The translations under genes were made by a program, and so were the position numbers. From assembly GCA_009838975.1 (NCBI GenBank), contig VXQO01000143.1, forward strand, positions 8,764-72,763: a stretch of DNA of 64,000 bases. Direction: 5' to 3'. Each line of letters starts with the position of its first letter. The first letter of the stretch is position 1. Positions 62,870 through 64,000 of this stretch are shown here, piece by piece. Source of the DNA: Gemmatimonadota bacterium. Its GTDB lineage: Bacteria; Gemmatimonadota; Gemmatimonadetes; Longimicrobiales; Gaopeijiaceae. The notes under the pieces are model-generated. The model did no database searches. It worked only from the letters and a program-made list of their open reading frames with translations, and was not told the DNA's origin.

Positions 62870-64000
62870 ATGATGACGACGAAAAACAGCGCGGCCGTCC
62901 TGGCCGCCATCGCCTTGACGGCGGCCGCCAGCGCACACCTTGCCGCGCAGCGCCCCGAGGCGGGCTCGGCTGCGGAGCGCTACGCGGTAGTCAACAGCGA
63001 CGCGGTCGCACTGACCGGCGTAACCCTGATCGACGGGAGCGGCGGACCCGCCCAGCGCGGCCGCACGGTCGTGATCGAGGGCAGCCGGATCACCGCCGTG
63101 GGCGCGGATGGCGCGGTGGACATCCCCTCGGGTGCCGAGGTCATGGATCTGGCGGGCCACACGGTCATTCCGGGAATGGTCGGGCTGCACAACCACCTCT
63201 TCTACACGGCGGCCGGGGGACGCTCCGCGCAGCTCACCTTCTCCGCGCCAAGGCTGTACCTGGGGAGCGGAGTCACAACCGTGCGGACGACCGGTAGCCG
63301 GCAGCCGTACGCGGAGCTCAACCTGAAGGCCGAGATCGAGGCCGGGCGGACGCCCGGGCCGCGCATCCACATCACGGCGCCCTACATCACGGCGGGGGGC
63401 GGGATGTCGGGGATGACCATGCTGGAGTCACCGGAACAGGCTCGGCGGTTCGTGCGCTACTGGGCCGCCGAGGGGGCGACCTGGCTGAAAGCGTACACCA
63501 ACATCCGCACCGAGGAACTGACGGCGGCGATCGACGAAGCCCACGCGCAGGGGATCAAGGTCACGGGCCACCTGTGCTCGATCAGCTTCACCGAGGCGGT
63601 GGCACTCGGGATCGACAACATCGAGCACGGGCTCGCCACCAACAGCGACTACTCGGAAGGCCGCGGCAGGGACGAGTGTCCGCAGAGCCTGTGGGACGAC
63701 GCCACCTCCATCGACGTGAACGGGCCCGATGCGCAAGCCACCTTCCAGGCCATGATCGACGCGGGCGTGGCGATGACTTCGACTCTGGCTGTGTACGAGC
63801 TCTTCATCCAGGGACGGCCCACGCGCGACGCTCGCTCGCTCGAGGCCATGGCGCCGGCGGTACGCGAGGACTACCTGGCCGCGAAGGCCCAGATCGACGA
63901 GATCGGACGCTCCCCGGAGGAGTTCCGGACCGCGATGGCCTACGAGAAGGCGTTCTACGATGCCGGCGGCGTGCTGGCCTCGGGTGTCGACCCGACCGGA
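62870..64000 (+). CDS. Secreted amidohydrolase-superfamily protein (tandem paralogue 2), runs off the right edge
   Basis: Not in the ORF track because it has no stop. GAGGAG SD at 62855-62860, then ATG at 62870. My translation is MMTTKNSAAVLAAIALTAAASAHLAAQ...PGMVGLHNHLFYTAAGG...GVDPTG, open for 377 codons to the window end. Closely parallels the upstream gene. Confidence 0.85.
   Translation, partial: MMTTKNSAAVLAAIALTAAASAHLAAQRPEAGSAAERYAVVNSDAVALTGVTLIDGSGGPAQRGRTVVIEGSRITAVGADGAVDIPSGAEVMDLAGHTVIPGMVGLHNHLFYTAAGGRSAQLTFSAPRLYLGSGVTTVRTTGSRQPYAELNLKAEIEAGRTPGPRIHITAPYITAGGGMSGMTMLESPEQARRFVRYWAAEGATWLKAYTNIRTEELTAAIDEAHAQGIKVTGHLCSISFTEAVALGIDNIEHGLATNSDYSEGRGRDECPQSLWDDATSIDVNGPDAQATFQAMIDAGVAMTSTLAVYELFIQGRPTRDARSLEAMAPAVREDYLAAKAQIDEIGRSPEEFRTAMAYEKAFYDAGGVLASGVDPTG

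Noticed and set aside
1-64000. Search for tRNA/rRNA genes, IS elements, integrases and prophage genes
   Set aside because: Intergenic spaces are short, mostly under 200 bp, and none showed cloverleaf-like or rRNA-like sequence by eye. No ORF had transposase, integrase or phage structural motifs.

Overview
Very GC-rich, gene-dense bacterial chromosomal segment with about 50 protein genes. I saw no rRNA, tRNA, CRISPR array, transposase or integrase. High-GC DNA throws up many long antisense and alternate-frame ORFs. I separated real genes from these using family motifs, signal peptides, Shine-Dalgarno sequences and 4-nt ATGA/GTGA start-stop overlaps. Content: (i) Many exported or lipoprotein hydrolases: a D-aminoacylase, three further amidohydrolase-superfamily genes (two of them a tandem pair), two M28 peptidases, an S9 peptidase, a GGT-family Ntn hydrolase, a beta-lactamase-fold hydrolase, DUF1028 and a polysaccharide deacetylase. 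(ii) Two outer-membrane uptake loci. One is a SusC/SusD pair translationally coupled to the GGT-like gene and followed by an IroE-like esterase. The other is a Fur-box-fronted operon: small CxxC protein -> TonB-dependent receptor -> binding protein -> FecCD permease -> ATPase. (iii) Housekeeping typA/bipA, and a thyX gene interrupted by a 192-codon mini-intein inside the ThyX motif. (iv) Five intact type II TA modules (three PIN/VapC pairs, RES-Xre, and HEPN-MNT with an RHH-fused MNT) plus one decayed Phd-VapC remnant. RES-Xre and MNT-HEPN abut as a tandem island. (v) Several Big_2-fused lipoproteins (spondin_N-like, FGase/PghP-like, LVIVD propeller), a multicopper oxidase with a long N-terminal extension, and a DUF5522::PP-loop (Dph6-like) fusion. 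Lineage guess, by inference only: Gemmatimonadota-like or a related FCB-group organism. No single known defence or mobile system dominates. The most unusual items are listed in findings. All family assignments are by-eye motif recognition and need HMM confirmation.
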